From Spirochaetia bacterium (GTDB taxonomy: Bacteria; Spirochaetota; Spirochaetia; DSM-2461), in the NCBI GenBank assembly GCA_963666985.2, contig CAXXIA010000002.1, positions 2,880,001 through 2,944,000 of the forward strand: a stretch of 64,000 nt of DNA. The letters are read 5' to 3'. Positions 49,566 to 59,935 of this stretch are shown one piece after another. Each line of letters opens with the position of its first letter. Position 1 is the stretch's first letter. The position numbers and the translations under genes are program-made. The notes beneath the pieces were generated by a model that worked only from the letters and a program-made list of their open reading frames with translations, had not been told where the DNA came from and searched no databases.

Positions 49566-51551
49566 TTAGAATAAGCCGAATCGCTGAAGAAAAATATCGT
49601 TCCCGCGCCTCATTGCCGAGCGCCATGGATCAATTTTGGGTTCGATGATGGTGCATCCCCTCCGCTCCATATCTATAAGCATTCTCTTTTCGTATTCCGC
49701 GAGTTGGAGACGACTGAATTCTTCAGCTTCTCTTGCCGCCCTTTCAATTCCATGTTGGTGTTCTTTGGAAAGATCTACCCACGATTTCATGCTTGCCGCC
49801 ATAAGCAGGGGGCTGTACATATGACGAGTTAGAATGATATAGGGAGCTACTTCAAAGAAATGCTGTGCCCATATTGTTGAAATGGGATTTTCTTGGGCAT
49901 CCAGTTCATCCTGCTTAAGGGCTTCATAGACTTTATTTATTTCCAGCGGAATTGGTTCCGCACCGAGATTACTCCAGAGAACAGAGTGTAGAGGATTTGG
50001 AGGAACACGAATCCTCAGTCCTTTTACATCATTCGGATTTCGTATCTCTGATTTAGCTGTAAGACATCGAAAACCCCGTTCCCAACATGAAAGAATCCGG
50101 AAACCGCTTGTTTCCAATTCACGGAACATATGCTGAATATTAGTTGAATCTTTCATCATTTCCCAGCCTTCCTTATTACTGGTAACGACGAAAGGACTGA
50201 GAAATAGAATCATTTCTTTTAGGTACTGTGCAAAAATGGAGATTCCTGCTACAACAAAATCAACACCACCTGCGGAAACCAATTCCAGAAGCTTCGTATC
50301 ATATCCCAAGAGGCTTTCGGGATATGTTCTAACCGAATAATATCCGTTTGTGTAGAATCTGACTTTTTCCGCGAATACTTGTGCGGTTTTTTCTCTTAAT
50401 CCATCAGGTGGATCCGTATGAGCGAAAATAAGATCACGGGAAGCATATTTACCAATATAAATCCAGGATCTGTCCAATTCAGGTTTACCTTTATTTTTCA
50501 TTCTATAATCGGAAGGAGAGAGGCCCGATTTCTTTTTAAATGTTCTTCGAAACGTAATCGGTGTATTGAACCCGCATTTATGCCCAATTTCCTTTAAGGA
50601 TAAGTTTGTTGATATTATGAGATCTTTTGCTTTGTCTGTACGATGTCTCTCCACATATTCGGTAAACGTTTCTCCAGTTCCCTTATGGAAAACTGTAGAA
50701 ATATATTCTCTTGTGAGATGGAAATGGGATGATAATGTCTGAAGGCTCAAATCGGGTTGAACTAAGCATGAACTAATATAGTGTTTAAGACTTTCTATCA
50801 GTTGATTTTGATGACAGTTCCGTATTCCCTTGTAGTATTGAGAAAGAATGTTCGCAATAAGTCTGACTTGATCAAAATATAAGGAAGTCTTGCAGTATGT
50901 TCGTAATTTAAAAATTTTATTTGCTATAGTTTTAATTAAGTCCTTTTCCCCACTTTGTTCCAGTTCAGAAAGAAATCGAAGAAACATCAGTTCAATCGCA
51001 TCCATCAGTTTCTCGGCCATTTGATCCGAAAGAATCATATCTTCTGTGTTTTCTTTTAGAGTTAAATCTATAAGACGTTCGGTGTTAAGAAAATTCCCCG
51101 ATTTAATTGATTTAGCCAGCATTTCTTCACGTTCAAGAGAAAATCGGGGATAAGGTGAGTCTTTTGGGATTGAAGAATATAGTATGAGTTTTCTATCAGA
51201 TCGATGAAAAGGATAGGAAACCATTTTAAGAAGACTTCCCGCGATGTCAATAACGGTTGATTCCTTTTTACAATTCTTTCTGGCAAAAGCAAATTCAACA
51301 CCTTCATCTTCAAGTATGGATTCAATAACACTTCGTGTGATTGAATCTTCTTTAAATTGAATAAAGGATATTTTCTTATTACTAATTTCATAACAAGCAA
51401 GTACATGAACATGGGATTCTGATGATGGACATGTGAAATTCGGCATTGTGTTTTGAAGAAATGGAAAGATAATGGCAACAATTTCACCATTTCCCGTGAA
51501 GTATTCATTTAAAATCTCAATACCAGAACTCATGATTTGTATTTTTCGCAT
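49566..51551 (-). CDS. AraC-family regulator fused to a C-terminal TRAP DctP-like ligand-binding domain
   Basis: AraC double HTH at about aa 251-352 (GFNTPITFRRTFKKKSGLSPSDYR); DctP fold from about aa 373 (AHTDPP, WERGFR, LRIRVP, AQENP). Confidence 0.88.
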   Translation of the reverse strand: MRKIQIMSSGIEILNEYFTGNGEIVAIIFPFLQNTMPNFTCPSSESHVHVLACYEISNKKISFIQFKEDSITRSVIESILEDEGVEFAFARKNCKKESTVIDIAGSLLKMVSYPFHRSDRKLILYSSIPKDSPYPRFSLEREEMLAKSIKSGNFLNTERLIDLTLKENTEDMILSDQMAEKLMDAIELMFLRFLSELEQSGEKDLIKTIANKIFKLRTYCKTSLYFDQVRLIANILSQYYKGIRNCHQNQLIESLKHYISSCLVQPDLSLQTLSSHFHLTREYISTVFHKGTGETFTEYVERHRTDKAKDLIISTNLSLKEIGHKCGFNTPITFRRTFKKKSGLSPSDYRMKNKGKPELDRSWIYIGKYASRDLIFAHTDPPDGLREKTAQVFAEKVRFYTNGYYSVRTYPESLLGYDTKLLELVSAGGVDFVVAGISIFAQYLKEMILFLSPFVVTSNKEGWEMMKDSTNIQHMFRELETSGFRILSCWERGFRCLTAKSEIRNPNDVKGLRIRVPPNPLHSVLWSNLGAEPIPLEINKVYEALKQDELDAQENPISTIWAQHFFEVAPYIILTRHMYSPLLMAASMKSWVDLSKEHQHGIERAAREAEEFSRLQLAEYEKRMLIDMERRGCTIIEPKIDPWRSAMRRGNDIFLQRFGLF

Positions 51552-51691
51552 ACTGGAATATTAAAATATGATTGGGTAAGCATGAAGTAGAATGTGGGAA
51601 TATTAATATTTGATCCCTCTGTGAACGATTGATGCTATCTGATCTTAAAATGAGTCCCTATGATAAATGAAAACATTCGTGGAGGGACTTA

Positions 51692-52735
51692 ATGAATAGT
51701 AAGGCAAAACGATTCCTATTGTACGTGATATTGACAATGGTATTGGGGCCTTTAACGTTGATGGCTAACGGCCAAGGAGAAGAGAACAGCCCAGTTAAAA
51801 CTGTAACTCTCAAACTTGGGCATACAGATCCGCCCGGAGGGATACTTGACGAAACGACTCAATTATTTGCTGAAAAAGTTTACGAATACACCGATGGAAG
51901 GTATGAAATCAATTGTTTTCCCAGTGGGCAACTTGGTGACAACCGAAAACTTCTCGAACTCGAACAACTTGGTGCCGTTGATTTTGTAATTACGGGAGCA
52001 GCTATTTACGGCCGGGTTTATGAGCCTATGAGTTTGACTCTTTGCCCATTCCTTCTGGAAACTCTGGAACAGGGTTGGCATCTCTATGATGATTCCGATT
52101 GGGTTCAGTCCCGATTTACAGAACTGGAAAGTGAAGGATTCAAGATGCTTGCTACATGGGAAGCCGGTTTTCGGTGTCTGACAACCAAAAAACCTGTCGG
52201 CGGCCCCTCTGATGTAAAAGGAATGAAACTTCGTGTCCCCGGGAATCCGATTCATTTGGCAATTTGGAACTCAATGGGCGCAAATCCTGTTGGGATGGGT
52301 ATAACAGAGGTCTATATGGCTATTCAGCAGGATATTGTTGATGGCCAGGAAAATCCGATACAGACCATCCATGTTCAGAAATTCTATGAAGTGGCTCCCT
52401 ATGTCACGATAACCAATCATGTCTATGGACCGACTCCCATATCTATGAGTATGAAAACTTGGAATACTTTGTCGACCGAGGATCAGTCGGCAATAACAAA
52501 CGCTGCTCAAGAATGTTCCGAATATATGCGGAATCGCGTGAAGAACTCTATTAACGAACTCATCAAGGATATGGAATCTCAGGGTGCAACCATCTCTTAT
52601 CCGGATAATCTTGATGAATGGCGCGAAAAAGCAATGCCAGCCTATGACGAAATTCGAAAGATCTATGGCGATGATTTGGTTAATTCTTTGATAGAAGAAG
52701 CTGCCGAGATACGAGCGAAATATCCGGCAAAATGA
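51692..52735 (+). CDS. dctP: TRAP transporter substrate-binding protein
   Basis: Signal peptide ..LMA-NGQGE; FPSGQLG, GFR, MKLRVP, DGQENP. Confidence 0.95.
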   Translation: MNSKAKRFLLYVILTMVLGPLTLMANGQGEENSPVKTVTLKLGHTDPPGGILDETTQLFAEKVYEYTDGRYEINCFPSGQLGDNRKLLELEQLGAVDFVITGAAIYGRVYEPMSLTLCPFLLETLEQGWHLYDDSDWVQSRFTELESEGFKMLATWEAGFRCLTTKKPVGGPSDVKGMKLRVPGNPIHLAIWNSMGANPVGMGITEVYMAIQQDIVDGQENPIQTIHVQKFYEVAPYVTITNHVYGPTPISMSMKTWNTLSTEDQSAITNAAQECSEYMRNRVKNSINELIKDMESQGATISYPDNLDEWREKAMPAYDEIRKIYGDDLVNSLIEEAAEIRAKYPAK

Positions 52736-52742
52736 TATTGAC

Positions 52743-52777
52743 GGGGAAAGTGTCCGAATAAATTCGGCTCTTTCTCC
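52743..52777 (+). other. Intercistronic hairpin between dctP and dctQ (probable mRNA-stability element or attenuator)
   Basis: GGGGAAAG..CCGAA-TAAA-TTCGG..CTTTCTCC directly after the dctP stop. Confidence 0.55.
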
Positions 52778-52791
52778 TATGGAGAAATCTT

Positions 52792-53277
52792 TTGAAAATC
52801 GTACAAAAAATTCTTAATGATTATCTTGGAAAAATTATCGATATTTCAGCGATGGTGATAATGACCGTACTTGTATCGGTTGTATTTATCGGCATTTGTT
52901 TTCGCTACTTTCTTGATCTTCCTTTAGCATGGTCTAATGAATTGTCACAGTTCCTTTTGGTTTGGCTGACCTTCTTTGGCGCGGCGGCGGCAACTCGAAG
53001 GGCCAAGCATCTCAGTATCGACGATATTTTCAATGCGTTGGGGCCAAAGACACAAGATATTGTGAAACGAATGATAAATGCTTTGATTTGCCTTTTTCTT
53101 ATCTTTATGGCAATCAGGGGATTAAGCATGGCTCGTACCGTCTGGTCGAGTAAGTCGGAAGCTTTGCAAGTTTCCAACGGTTTACTGTATCTGCCGTTAT
53201 CGGTGGGATTTTTCTTAATGCTTCCTTACAACCTATACAACGTATTCGCTGGGAAGGAATGGAGTGACCAAGAATGA
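52792..53277 (+). CDS. dctQ: TRAP transporter small permease
   Basis: RY..PLAWSNEL..VWLTFFGAA..HLSID; TTG start after GGAG. Confidence 0.92.
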   Translation: MKIVQKILNDYLGKIIDISAMVIMTVLVSVVFIGICFRYFLDLPLAWSNELSQFLLVWLTFFGAAAATRRAKHLSIDDIFNALGPKTQDIVKRMINALICLFLIFMAIRGLSMARTVWSSKSEALQVSNGLLYLPLSVGFFLMLPYNLYNVFAGKEWSDQE

Positions 53278-54557
53278 CTTTGGCAATAACCATTATTTTA
53301 TTTTTCGGTTTGATCATTGTCGGTGTTCCTTTGTTCTTCGGTGTTGGGACGGCTAGCCTATTCTATTTCACAAGTAGCGGTTTCCCATTGGAAATAATGA
53401 TTCAGAGAATTGAAGCTACCAGCGAGTCGTTTTCTCTTCTTGCTATTCCTTTTTTTGTTCTGGCCGGTCACCTGATGATGCAGGGTGGCGCCGGAAAAAG
53501 AATCGTAAAGGTTTCTGACTCTCTGGTACGTTGGCTGCCCGGTGGACTTGCGATAGTAACGGTTGGTGCCGCGATGATATTTGCCGGTATGAGCGGATCT
53601 CTAATCGCCGATGCAGCAGCCGTCGGTTCCATCATGATTCCCGGCATGACACAAAAAGGGTATCACAAGAATTATGCCTCGGCAGTTGTCGCCAGTTCCG
53701 GGAGTATCGGAGTCATTATTCCACCGAGCATTCCGATGGTTTTGTATGGATTTATCGCCGGTGTCAGTGTCGGTGAGTTATTTATGGCCGGAATTGTTCC
53801 GGGGATTCTTGTCGGATTAGCCTTGATGATTACAGCAGGGATTATCGCGACCACAAGGCGATATCAGGTTGAGAAGTTCATTGGACTTAAAGAACTTTTA
53901 AAGGATCTGGTCGTCTGCTTTCCGGCAGTTGGAATGATCATCATTATTCTTGGTGGGATTTTCGGAGGAATATTTACAGCTACAGAATCTGCGGCTGTGG
54001 CTGTCGTATATGGACTTCTGGTTGGATTCTTTGTTTATCGTGAATTGAAGCTAAAAGATCTTCCGAAGATTCTGATTGATTCGGCGGTTACCAGCGCGAC
54101 GATACTTGTGGTTATCGGTGTAGTAGGTGCATTGACTTGGGGGCTAACTGCAAATCTTGTTCCCCAGAGATTAACAAGTGCCATACTTTCTGTGACTCAA
54201 AATAAGATTTTGGTTTTGTTTCTAATAAATCTTCTTCTGCTTTTCTTTGGATGCGTTATGGGACTGGCTCCGGCTCTCTTACTCACAACGCCGCTTTTGC
54301 TTCCCGTTGCGCTATCGTTGGGCATTAACCCTTTGCATTTCGGCTTGATCGTCGTGTCGAATCTGGCAATCGGATCATTTACGCCTCCGGTTGGCGGAGC
54401 TCTTTATGTTTCATCTCAGATTGCAGGTATATCAATATGGCAAACCGCCAAAGGTCTTATTCCGTTTCTGGCGGCAAACCTCATTGTCTTGTTTCTTATT
54501 ACCTATATACCGGAAATAACATTATTGATACCCCGTTTAATGGGTGCTTTGGGTTAG
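53274..54557 (+). CDS. dctM: TRAP transporter large permease
   Basis: LLAIPFFVLAG, SGS..ADAAAVG, IIPPSIP, TATESAAVA, TPPVG. Confidence 0.95.
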   Translation: MTLAITIILFFGLIIVGVPLFFGVGTASLFYFTSSGFPLEIMIQRIEATSESFSLLAIPFFVLAGHLMMQGGAGKRIVKVSDSLVRWLPGGLAIVTVGAAMIFAGMSGSLIADAAAVGSIMIPGMTQKGYHKNYASAVVASSGSIGVIIPPSIPMVLYGFIAGVSVGELFMAGIVPGILVGLALMITAGIIATTRRYQVEKFIGLKELLKDLVVCFPAVGMIIIILGGIFGGIFTATESAAVAVVYGLLVGFFVYRELKLKDLPKILIDSAVTSATILVVIGVVGALTWGLTANLVPQRLTSAILSVTQNKILVLFLINLLLLFFGCVMGLAPALLLTTPLLLPVALSLGINPLHFGLIVVSNLAIGSFTPPVGGALYVSSQIAGISIWQTAKGLIPFLAANLIVLFLITYIPEITLLIPRLMGALG

Positions 54558-54561
54558 CTTG

Positions 54562-55380
54562 ATGAAAGCAGCATTCTCCTCAATGGCTTTCTTTGACCGT
54601 GATATTACATTTATTGCTTCTTTTGCCGTGAGGCACGGTTTTGATGCTGTTGAGTTATGCATGAATGAGCATCTTCATCTGAACCTGCGAACAACCGGCA
54701 AGGAGCTTAGAAATATTGCAACCGTCTTTGAGGGTGAAGGAATTAAGATCGCTTCGATTTCCAGTTATGCTAAGTTTAACAATGGCGATTCTCGAATTCG
54801 TGAAAAAGAAATTTTTGGGTTGGTAAAAGCCATAGAGTTTGCCGAGGAACTTGGCGCACCGTATGTTCGTTCTCTCGGTGGAAAGATCCCTCCGGTATTA
54901 TGGGATAAAGATTCAAAATCAAACATTGAAAATCTGGCCGGATGTCTACGAACAGTTGTCGATATGACACCGGGAAGTAATGTAGAGATTCTTCAGGCAA
55001 CTCATGACAATTTCAGCCCGGGGTATGTAGCTGCCGAAGTTGTTGAGAAAGCCGCCACACCGCGAGTTGGTGTTCTTTGGTGTGTGATTCATCCGATGGA
55101 ATACAACGAAACCCCAGATGAAACTTGGGCTGCTATAAACGAAACGGTTCGTCTGGTTCATCTTAAAGATGCGTTAAAAACCACAGATGGAGAAACGTGG
55201 GCTTTAAAGCCGCTTGGTGAAGGAAACTTACCGTTGTTTCAAGTGTTGGAAATCTTGAAAGGTGCGGAATTCAACGGACATGTGTCCATTGAATGGGAAC
55301 GTCATTCCAGACCTGAAATTTGTGATTCCGAATATGTTTTATCAGAAGGAATCAAGTACCTCGAACCTTACCTCAGTTAA
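54562..55380 (+). CDS. Sugar-phosphate isomerase/epimerase (AP-endonuclease-2 / xylose-isomerase-like TIM barrel)
   Basis: GFDAVEL, VHLKD, GEGNLP, SIEWE; first metal ligands divergent (ATHD, WCVIH). Confidence 0.82.
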   Translation: MKAAFSSMAFFDRDITFIASFAVRHGFDAVELCMNEHLHLNLRTTGKELRNIATVFEGEGIKIASISSYAKFNNGDSRIREKEIFGLVKAIEFAEELGAPYVRSLGGKIPPVLWDKDSKSNIENLAGCLRTVVDMTPGSNVEILQATHDNFSPGYVAAEVVEKAATPRVGVLWCVIHPMEYNETPDETWAAINETVRLVHLKDALKTTDGETWALKPLGEGNLPLFQVLEILKGAEFNGHVSIEWERHSRPEICDSEYVLSEGIKYLEPYLS

Positions 55381-55399
55381 TGAACAGGAGTTAAAAGCT

Positions 55400-56359
55400 A
55401 TGAATTATAAATATGGAGTTTGTTCAGGATTACTCGGTGAACAACGAACACGCTGGATGCCTTACCAAGAGAAGCGCGACTTGGAAGGTCGATTGAAGAT
55501 TGCCTCCAAAATTAGAGGACTGGATGGTGTCGAGGTAGGATATCCTGGAGATTTTCAGAGCCCAGGCGCTCTAAAATCCTTACTGGAAAAATATGAACTT
55601 GAAGTCGCCGCGGTAAATTTGAAAGTCCGTGGACCATCATTCATGTATAAGGGCTCTTTTTCTTCACCGGAGAAACAGGCAGTCGATACGGCGATAAAAT
55701 GGGGAAAAGAGGCACTGGATGCCGCTGCCGATTGCGGGTGCGGCGTTGTGACGACTTGTCCTTTGAATGATGGTTTTGATTATCCTTTTGAAGTCGAATA
55801 TGGTACTGCCTGGGACGGAATGGTATCGGGTATAAGCTCTGTCGCATCTCACAGAAGTGATATAAATCTGGCTATTGAATATAAGCTTTCGGATCCGAGA
55901 ACACGATCTTTGGTTTCCAATGTCGGTGAGGCACTTTTGTTGGCCCGACAAACAGAAAAAAGTAATGTTGGGGTTAATCTCGATTTCGGCCATTGTCTTA
56001 TAGCACGAGAAAATCCGGCTATGTCGGTTGCCATGGCCGTAAGGGAGAAACGTCTGTTTCATGTTCACCTGAATGATAATGACCGGGTTGCGGATATCGA
56101 TTTGGCGACTGGAACAATTCATTATTGGGAAACCTTGGAATTTCTTTGGTATTTAAAGGAATACGGATATCAAGGATGGCTCGTAACAGATGTCTATCCG
56201 AAAGAAAATGATGTTGCCGAAGTTTTTTCAAGAACTATAGAACTACAGAAAAGATATCTGGCTTTAACGGAAAAAATCGATGATGTCGATTTCAGTTCCG
56301 TCCTTCGTGAACGTAATGTGATGAATACGTGGAAGAAGATGGCGGAGGTGCTGGCGTAG
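55400..56359 (+). CDS. Xylose-isomerase-like TIM-barrel sugar isomerase
   Basis: DGFDYPF, AIEYK..PR, NLDFGH, HVHLNDND..D.DL, D.YP; RBS AGGAG. Confidence 0.85.
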   Translation: MNYKYGVCSGLLGEQRTRWMPYQEKRDLEGRLKIASKIRGLDGVEVGYPGDFQSPGALKSLLEKYELEVAAVNLKVRGPSFMYKGSFSSPEKQAVDTAIKWGKEALDAAADCGCGVVTTCPLNDGFDYPFEVEYGTAWDGMVSGISSVASHRSDINLAIEYKLSDPRTRSLVSNVGEALLLARQTEKSNVGVNLDFGHCLIARENPAMSVAMAVREKRLFHVHLNDNDRVADIDLATGTIHYWETLEFLWYLKEYGYQGWLVTDVYPKENDVAEVFSRTIELQKRYLALTEKIDDVDFSSVLRERNVMNTWKKMAEVLA

Positions 56360-56377
56360 TGCGTCGGCAGTGAAAAA

Positions 56378-57235
56378 TTGATTTGTAGTACCAAATTATT
56401 ACTCAGCAGTTATTCTCATAAGTGGTCGATGGGATTTCGGAAGTTTATGCCGCAAAAACCTATGTCGATTGAATGGCTCGTTGAACGGGCCGGTGAGTTT
56501 GGATTAGATGGTATTCAGCTGGCCGATAATCTTTTTCCGGAAACTTTCAGCGACAGTCGTTGTATGGAAATCGGTGTTTTCGCCAAGGATAAAGGGATTG
56601 AACTTCAATGGGGTTTTGACGGTTGGGATAGAGAAAAGATCGATCGTATGATGGAAATTTGCCAGCTTACCGGATCCGGATTACTTCGTGGTGTTTTCGG
56701 GCCTGAATTTGTTGATGGTTTTTCGGGCGATAATGCAATCCTGACCGCTTGTCGCAAGGAAATAGACATCCTAATTCCGAAATTGGAAAAAAACGGCATT
56801 GTTCTTGCCCTTGAAAACCATTTCGACCTTTCTCTTCCATTATTAAGGCAGCTTGTAAGTTCATATGACAGGCCTGAGATTAGGGTCTGTCTGGACACAA
56901 CGAACGCCTTAGGACAGCTTTGGCGGCCTTTGGATGTCGTTCAGTATTTAGCTCCTCTCAGCACCTCCATGCATTTCAAAGATTTTACAGTTAAGAAAGT
57001 CATTGGCGGATATGAAATTATGGGGGTTGCCATTGGAGCCGGTGATCAGAATTGCTATGAGATTCTTCAACAAGCATTAAAGATAAATCCGGAGATGGAA
57101 ATCTGTATTGAGTTGGGGACTCCGCGCCCCGATGGCGAGGCCCCCTATGTTGAAAATGAAATCAAAGATGTTAATCACAGTATCGAAGTAACGAAGACAC
57201 TGCTGAAGAGATTTTATGAGGAAATCTCCTTATGA
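56378..57235 (+). CDS. Sugar-phosphate isomerase/epimerase (TIM barrel)
   Basis: LALENH, CLDTTN, HFKD, IEL; TTG start. Confidence 0.82.
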   Translation: MICSTKLLLSSYSHKWSMGFRKFMPQKPMSIEWLVERAGEFGLDGIQLADNLFPETFSDSRCMEIGVFAKDKGIELQWGFDGWDREKIDRMMEICQLTGSGLLRGVFGPEFVDGFSGDNAILTACRKEIDILIPKLEKNGIVLALENHFDLSLPLLRQLVSSYDRPEIRVCLDTTNALGQLWRPLDVVQYLAPLSTSMHFKDFTVKKVIGGYEIMGVAIGAGDQNCYEILQQALKINPEMEICIELGTPRPDGEAPYVENEIKDVNHSIEVTKTLLKRFYEEISL

Positions 57236-57951
57236 AAGCTAAGAAAGCGATGAAGTATGATATATGTCTGGCTAATCAAGAATTACCGAAAAGAGGTTTA
57301 GTCCTGTACAGCTGGGGCAATGTGAGTATTGTTGACAGAGAAGAGAACCATCTGATTATCAAACCGGCCGGAGTCGCTTATGAAGATTTGAATCCTGAAT
57401 TGATGAATGTTGTTGGTTTAGGTGGAGAAAACTTGGAAGGTGAGAATAAACCTTCAGTTGATACACCTATTCATTGTGAACTTTACCGTGCGTTCGGGGG
57501 AATTTGCTCCATCGTTCATACACATTCCACTTACGCGACTATTTGGGCTCAGGCAGGAAGGGCGATTCCTGTACTGGGGACAACACATGCCGATTATTTC
57601 AACGGCCCTATTCCTTGCGCCAGAATGCCGATTGTCGAGGAAGTGACTCATGAGTATGAAATCAATACAGCAAAAACAATCATTGAATGCTTCGTTAATC
57701 GCGATCCGGAGGCTGTACCGGGATGTTTAGTGTCAGGTCATGGTGTATTCACCTGGGGCGGTGATCCCTGGACGGCTATCCATAATGCGGTTGTTCTGGA
57801 AGAAATTGCTCATATGGCTTTTGGAACGCTTCAGCTTAATCCGGAGATGAGTTCTTTGCCTGAGTATATCTTGAACCATCATTTTTTCCGAAAGCATGGA
57901 CCGAATGCGTATTTTGAAGTTGATGATATGGGAGCCGGAAATGCTGGATAA
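57232..57951 (+). CDS. araD: L-ribulose-5-phosphate 4-epimerase (class II aldolase fold)
   Basis: WGNVS, IKPAGV, PSVDTPIH, VHTHS, GTTHADYF, HGVFTWG, RKHGPNAY. Confidence 0.92.
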   Translation: MKAKKAMKYDICLANQELPKRGLVLYSWGNVSIVDREENHLIIKPAGVAYEDLNPELMNVVGLGGENLEGENKPSVDTPIHCELYRAFGGICSIVHTHSTYATIWAQAGRAIPVLGTTHADYFNGPIPCARMPIVEEVTHEYEINTAKTIIECFVNRDPEAVPGCLVSGHGVFTWGGDPWTAIHNAVVLEEIAHMAFGTLQLNPEMSSLPEYILNHHFFRKHGPNAYFEVDDMGAGNAG

Positions 57952-59935
57952 TCAGGCTCTTGACGCTGTCGCACTGTCTGTTCGATGCATTTCCGCCGAT
58001 GCGATAGAAGCGGCTCAATCCGGACATCCAGGTTTACCTTTGGGATGCGCAGAGCTTATTGCACTGTTGTATGGTGAGATTTTAATACATGATCCAACAA
58101 AGCCGGATTGGATAAACCGGGATCGGTTCATTCTTTCGGCCGGACACGGTTCGATTCTTCTTTACGCCATACTGCATCTTTCGGGTTATGGAATCTCGCT
58201 GGATGAAATCAGGAAATTCCGACAGTTGGGTGAAAGAACCCAGGGGCATCCGGAATATGGTTCAATTCCAGGGATAGAAACCACAACTGGAATGCTTGGA
58301 CAGGGTTTTGCCAATGCCGTCGGTATTGCTTTGGCCGAACGGATGCTTGCTGCCCGCTTTAATACTCAAAAGGATGAAGTTTTTGATCATTACACCTATG
58401 TCCTTGCCGGAGAAGGCGATCTCATGGAAGGTGTCTCTTACGAAGCCGCATCACTGGCGGGACACTTGGGTTTGGGAAAGCTTATTGTTTTCTATGATGA
58501 GAACAGAATTACTATCGATGGTGAGACGGATCTCGCCCTTTCCGAAAATATTTCAGAAAGGTTTAATGCGGCCGGTTGGCAAGTCCTCGAAGGTGATATG
58601 TATGACTACGAGGCGATTTTTAGCCTTGTTTCCCAGGCAAAAACAGAACATAGGAAACCGTCTCTTATTCGTTTAGCTTCGATTATAGGCAGAGGAAGCC
58701 CGACTAAAGCCGGGACATCGTCTATCCATGGAGCTGTTTTGGGAGCTGAAGAACTCCGGAATATGAAGATAAAATTGGGAGTAAATCCTGATATATCTTT
58801 TTATGTTGATCCGAAAGCCCGAGAGTATTTTGAGAACAAGCGGAGTTCATGGATCAATATGAGAGCTGCTTGGGAACAAGGCACTTTTTCTTCCTTTATA
58901 TCTAGTCCTTCCGGAAGTGGACTATGGAAAACGTTTTTTGGAAAGAAAGAGGATGGGAAATCAGAGTCAATTCAATGGCCTGAGTACTCTACAGGAGATT
59001 TTATCGCAACACGGACGGCGTCAGGAAAAGTGTTGGAAGTAATCGCCCGGAGAAGGCCTGAAATCATTGGTGGAACAGCGGACCTTACCGGTCCTTGTTT
59101 TCAGGCTCTTGGTGATTGGGCATCAGTAACCCGAAATGATATGTCTGGAAAGCTGATTCGTTTCGGTGTACGGGAACATGCAATGGGAGCCGTTGCAAAC
59201 GGTTTGGCTCTTCATACTTATGGAGCATTGAGACCCTTTTGCGCGACATTCCTTGTATTCTCCGATTACATGCGTCCGGCTGTCAGAATGGCCGCATTGA
59301 TGAAATTACCGGTTATATTTGTCTTTTCACATGACAGCATCAAGATCGGAGAAGATGGTGCCACCCATCAGCCGATTGAGCAATTATCAGCTCTGCGGCT
59401 TATTCCAAATCTCCTTGTTTTACGCCCGGCCGATGCGGAAGAAACTGTTGAAGTCTGGAAAATGGCTGTGGCTTATAATGATGGTCCTGTAGCCATTGTA
59501 ACGGCTCGGCAGGAAACGGAGATTTTTGCAAAAAGAGATGAAAACTGGCGAGAGGATATTCGCAAAGGTGCCTATATCGTAAAAAAAAGTCATTCGAATC
59601 CGGATGTTGTGATATGCGCCACAGGATCCGAAGTCCAGGATGCTCTTAAGGCAGCAGAACAAATTCCGGGGAATATCCAAGTCGTTTCAATAGTATCCCG
59701 AGAACTTTTTCTTAGTCAGTCGAAGGAGTTTAGGAAAAAGATGATTCCCGATTCCTCGAAAACGGTTGTACTGGAGGCGGGTTGCACCGACTTATGGTAC
59801 GTCCTTTTTGCCGAGAAAAGTCGCATAATCGGTATCAATCGATTTGGAGAATCCGGTAAGGGACCGGAAGTTGCCCGGCATCTTGGTATATCACCGGATT
59901 CAATAGTCTCCCTTCTTGAAAAGGAAAGAACGTGA
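57941..59935 (+). CDS. tkt: Transketolase
   Basis: SGHPGLPLG, RDRFILSAGH, GHPE, GEGDLMEG, GVREHAM, HDSI..GEDGATHQP. Confidence 0.95.
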   Translation: MLDNQALDAVALSVRCISADAIEAAQSGHPGLPLGCAELIALLYGEILIHDPTKPDWINRDRFILSAGHGSILLYAILHLSGYGISLDEIRKFRQLGERTQGHPEYGSIPGIETTTGMLGQGFANAVGIALAERMLAARFNTQKDEVFDHYTYVLAGEGDLMEGVSYEAASLAGHLGLGKLIVFYDENRITIDGETDLALSENISERFNAAGWQVLEGDMYDYEAIFSLVSQAKTEHRKPSLIRLASIIGRGSPTKAGTSSIHGAVLGAEELRNMKIKLGVNPDISFYVDPKAREYFENKRSSWINMRAAWEQGTFSSFISSPSGSGLWKTFFGKKEDGKSESIQWPEYSTGDFIATRTASGKVLEVIARRRPEIIGGTADLTGPCFQALGDWASVTRNDMSGKLIRFGVREHAMGAVANGLALHTYGALRPFCATFLVFSDYMRPAVRMAALMKLPVIFVFSHDSIKIGEDGATHQPIEQLSALRLIPNLLVLRPADAEETVEVWKMAVAYNDGPVAIVTARQETEIFAKRDENWREDIRKGAYIVKKSHSNPDVVICATGSEVQDALKAAEQIPGNIQVVSIVSRELFLSQSKEFRKKMIPDSSKTVVLEAGCTDLWYVLFAEKSRIIGINRFGESGKGPEVARHLGISPDSIVSLLEKERT

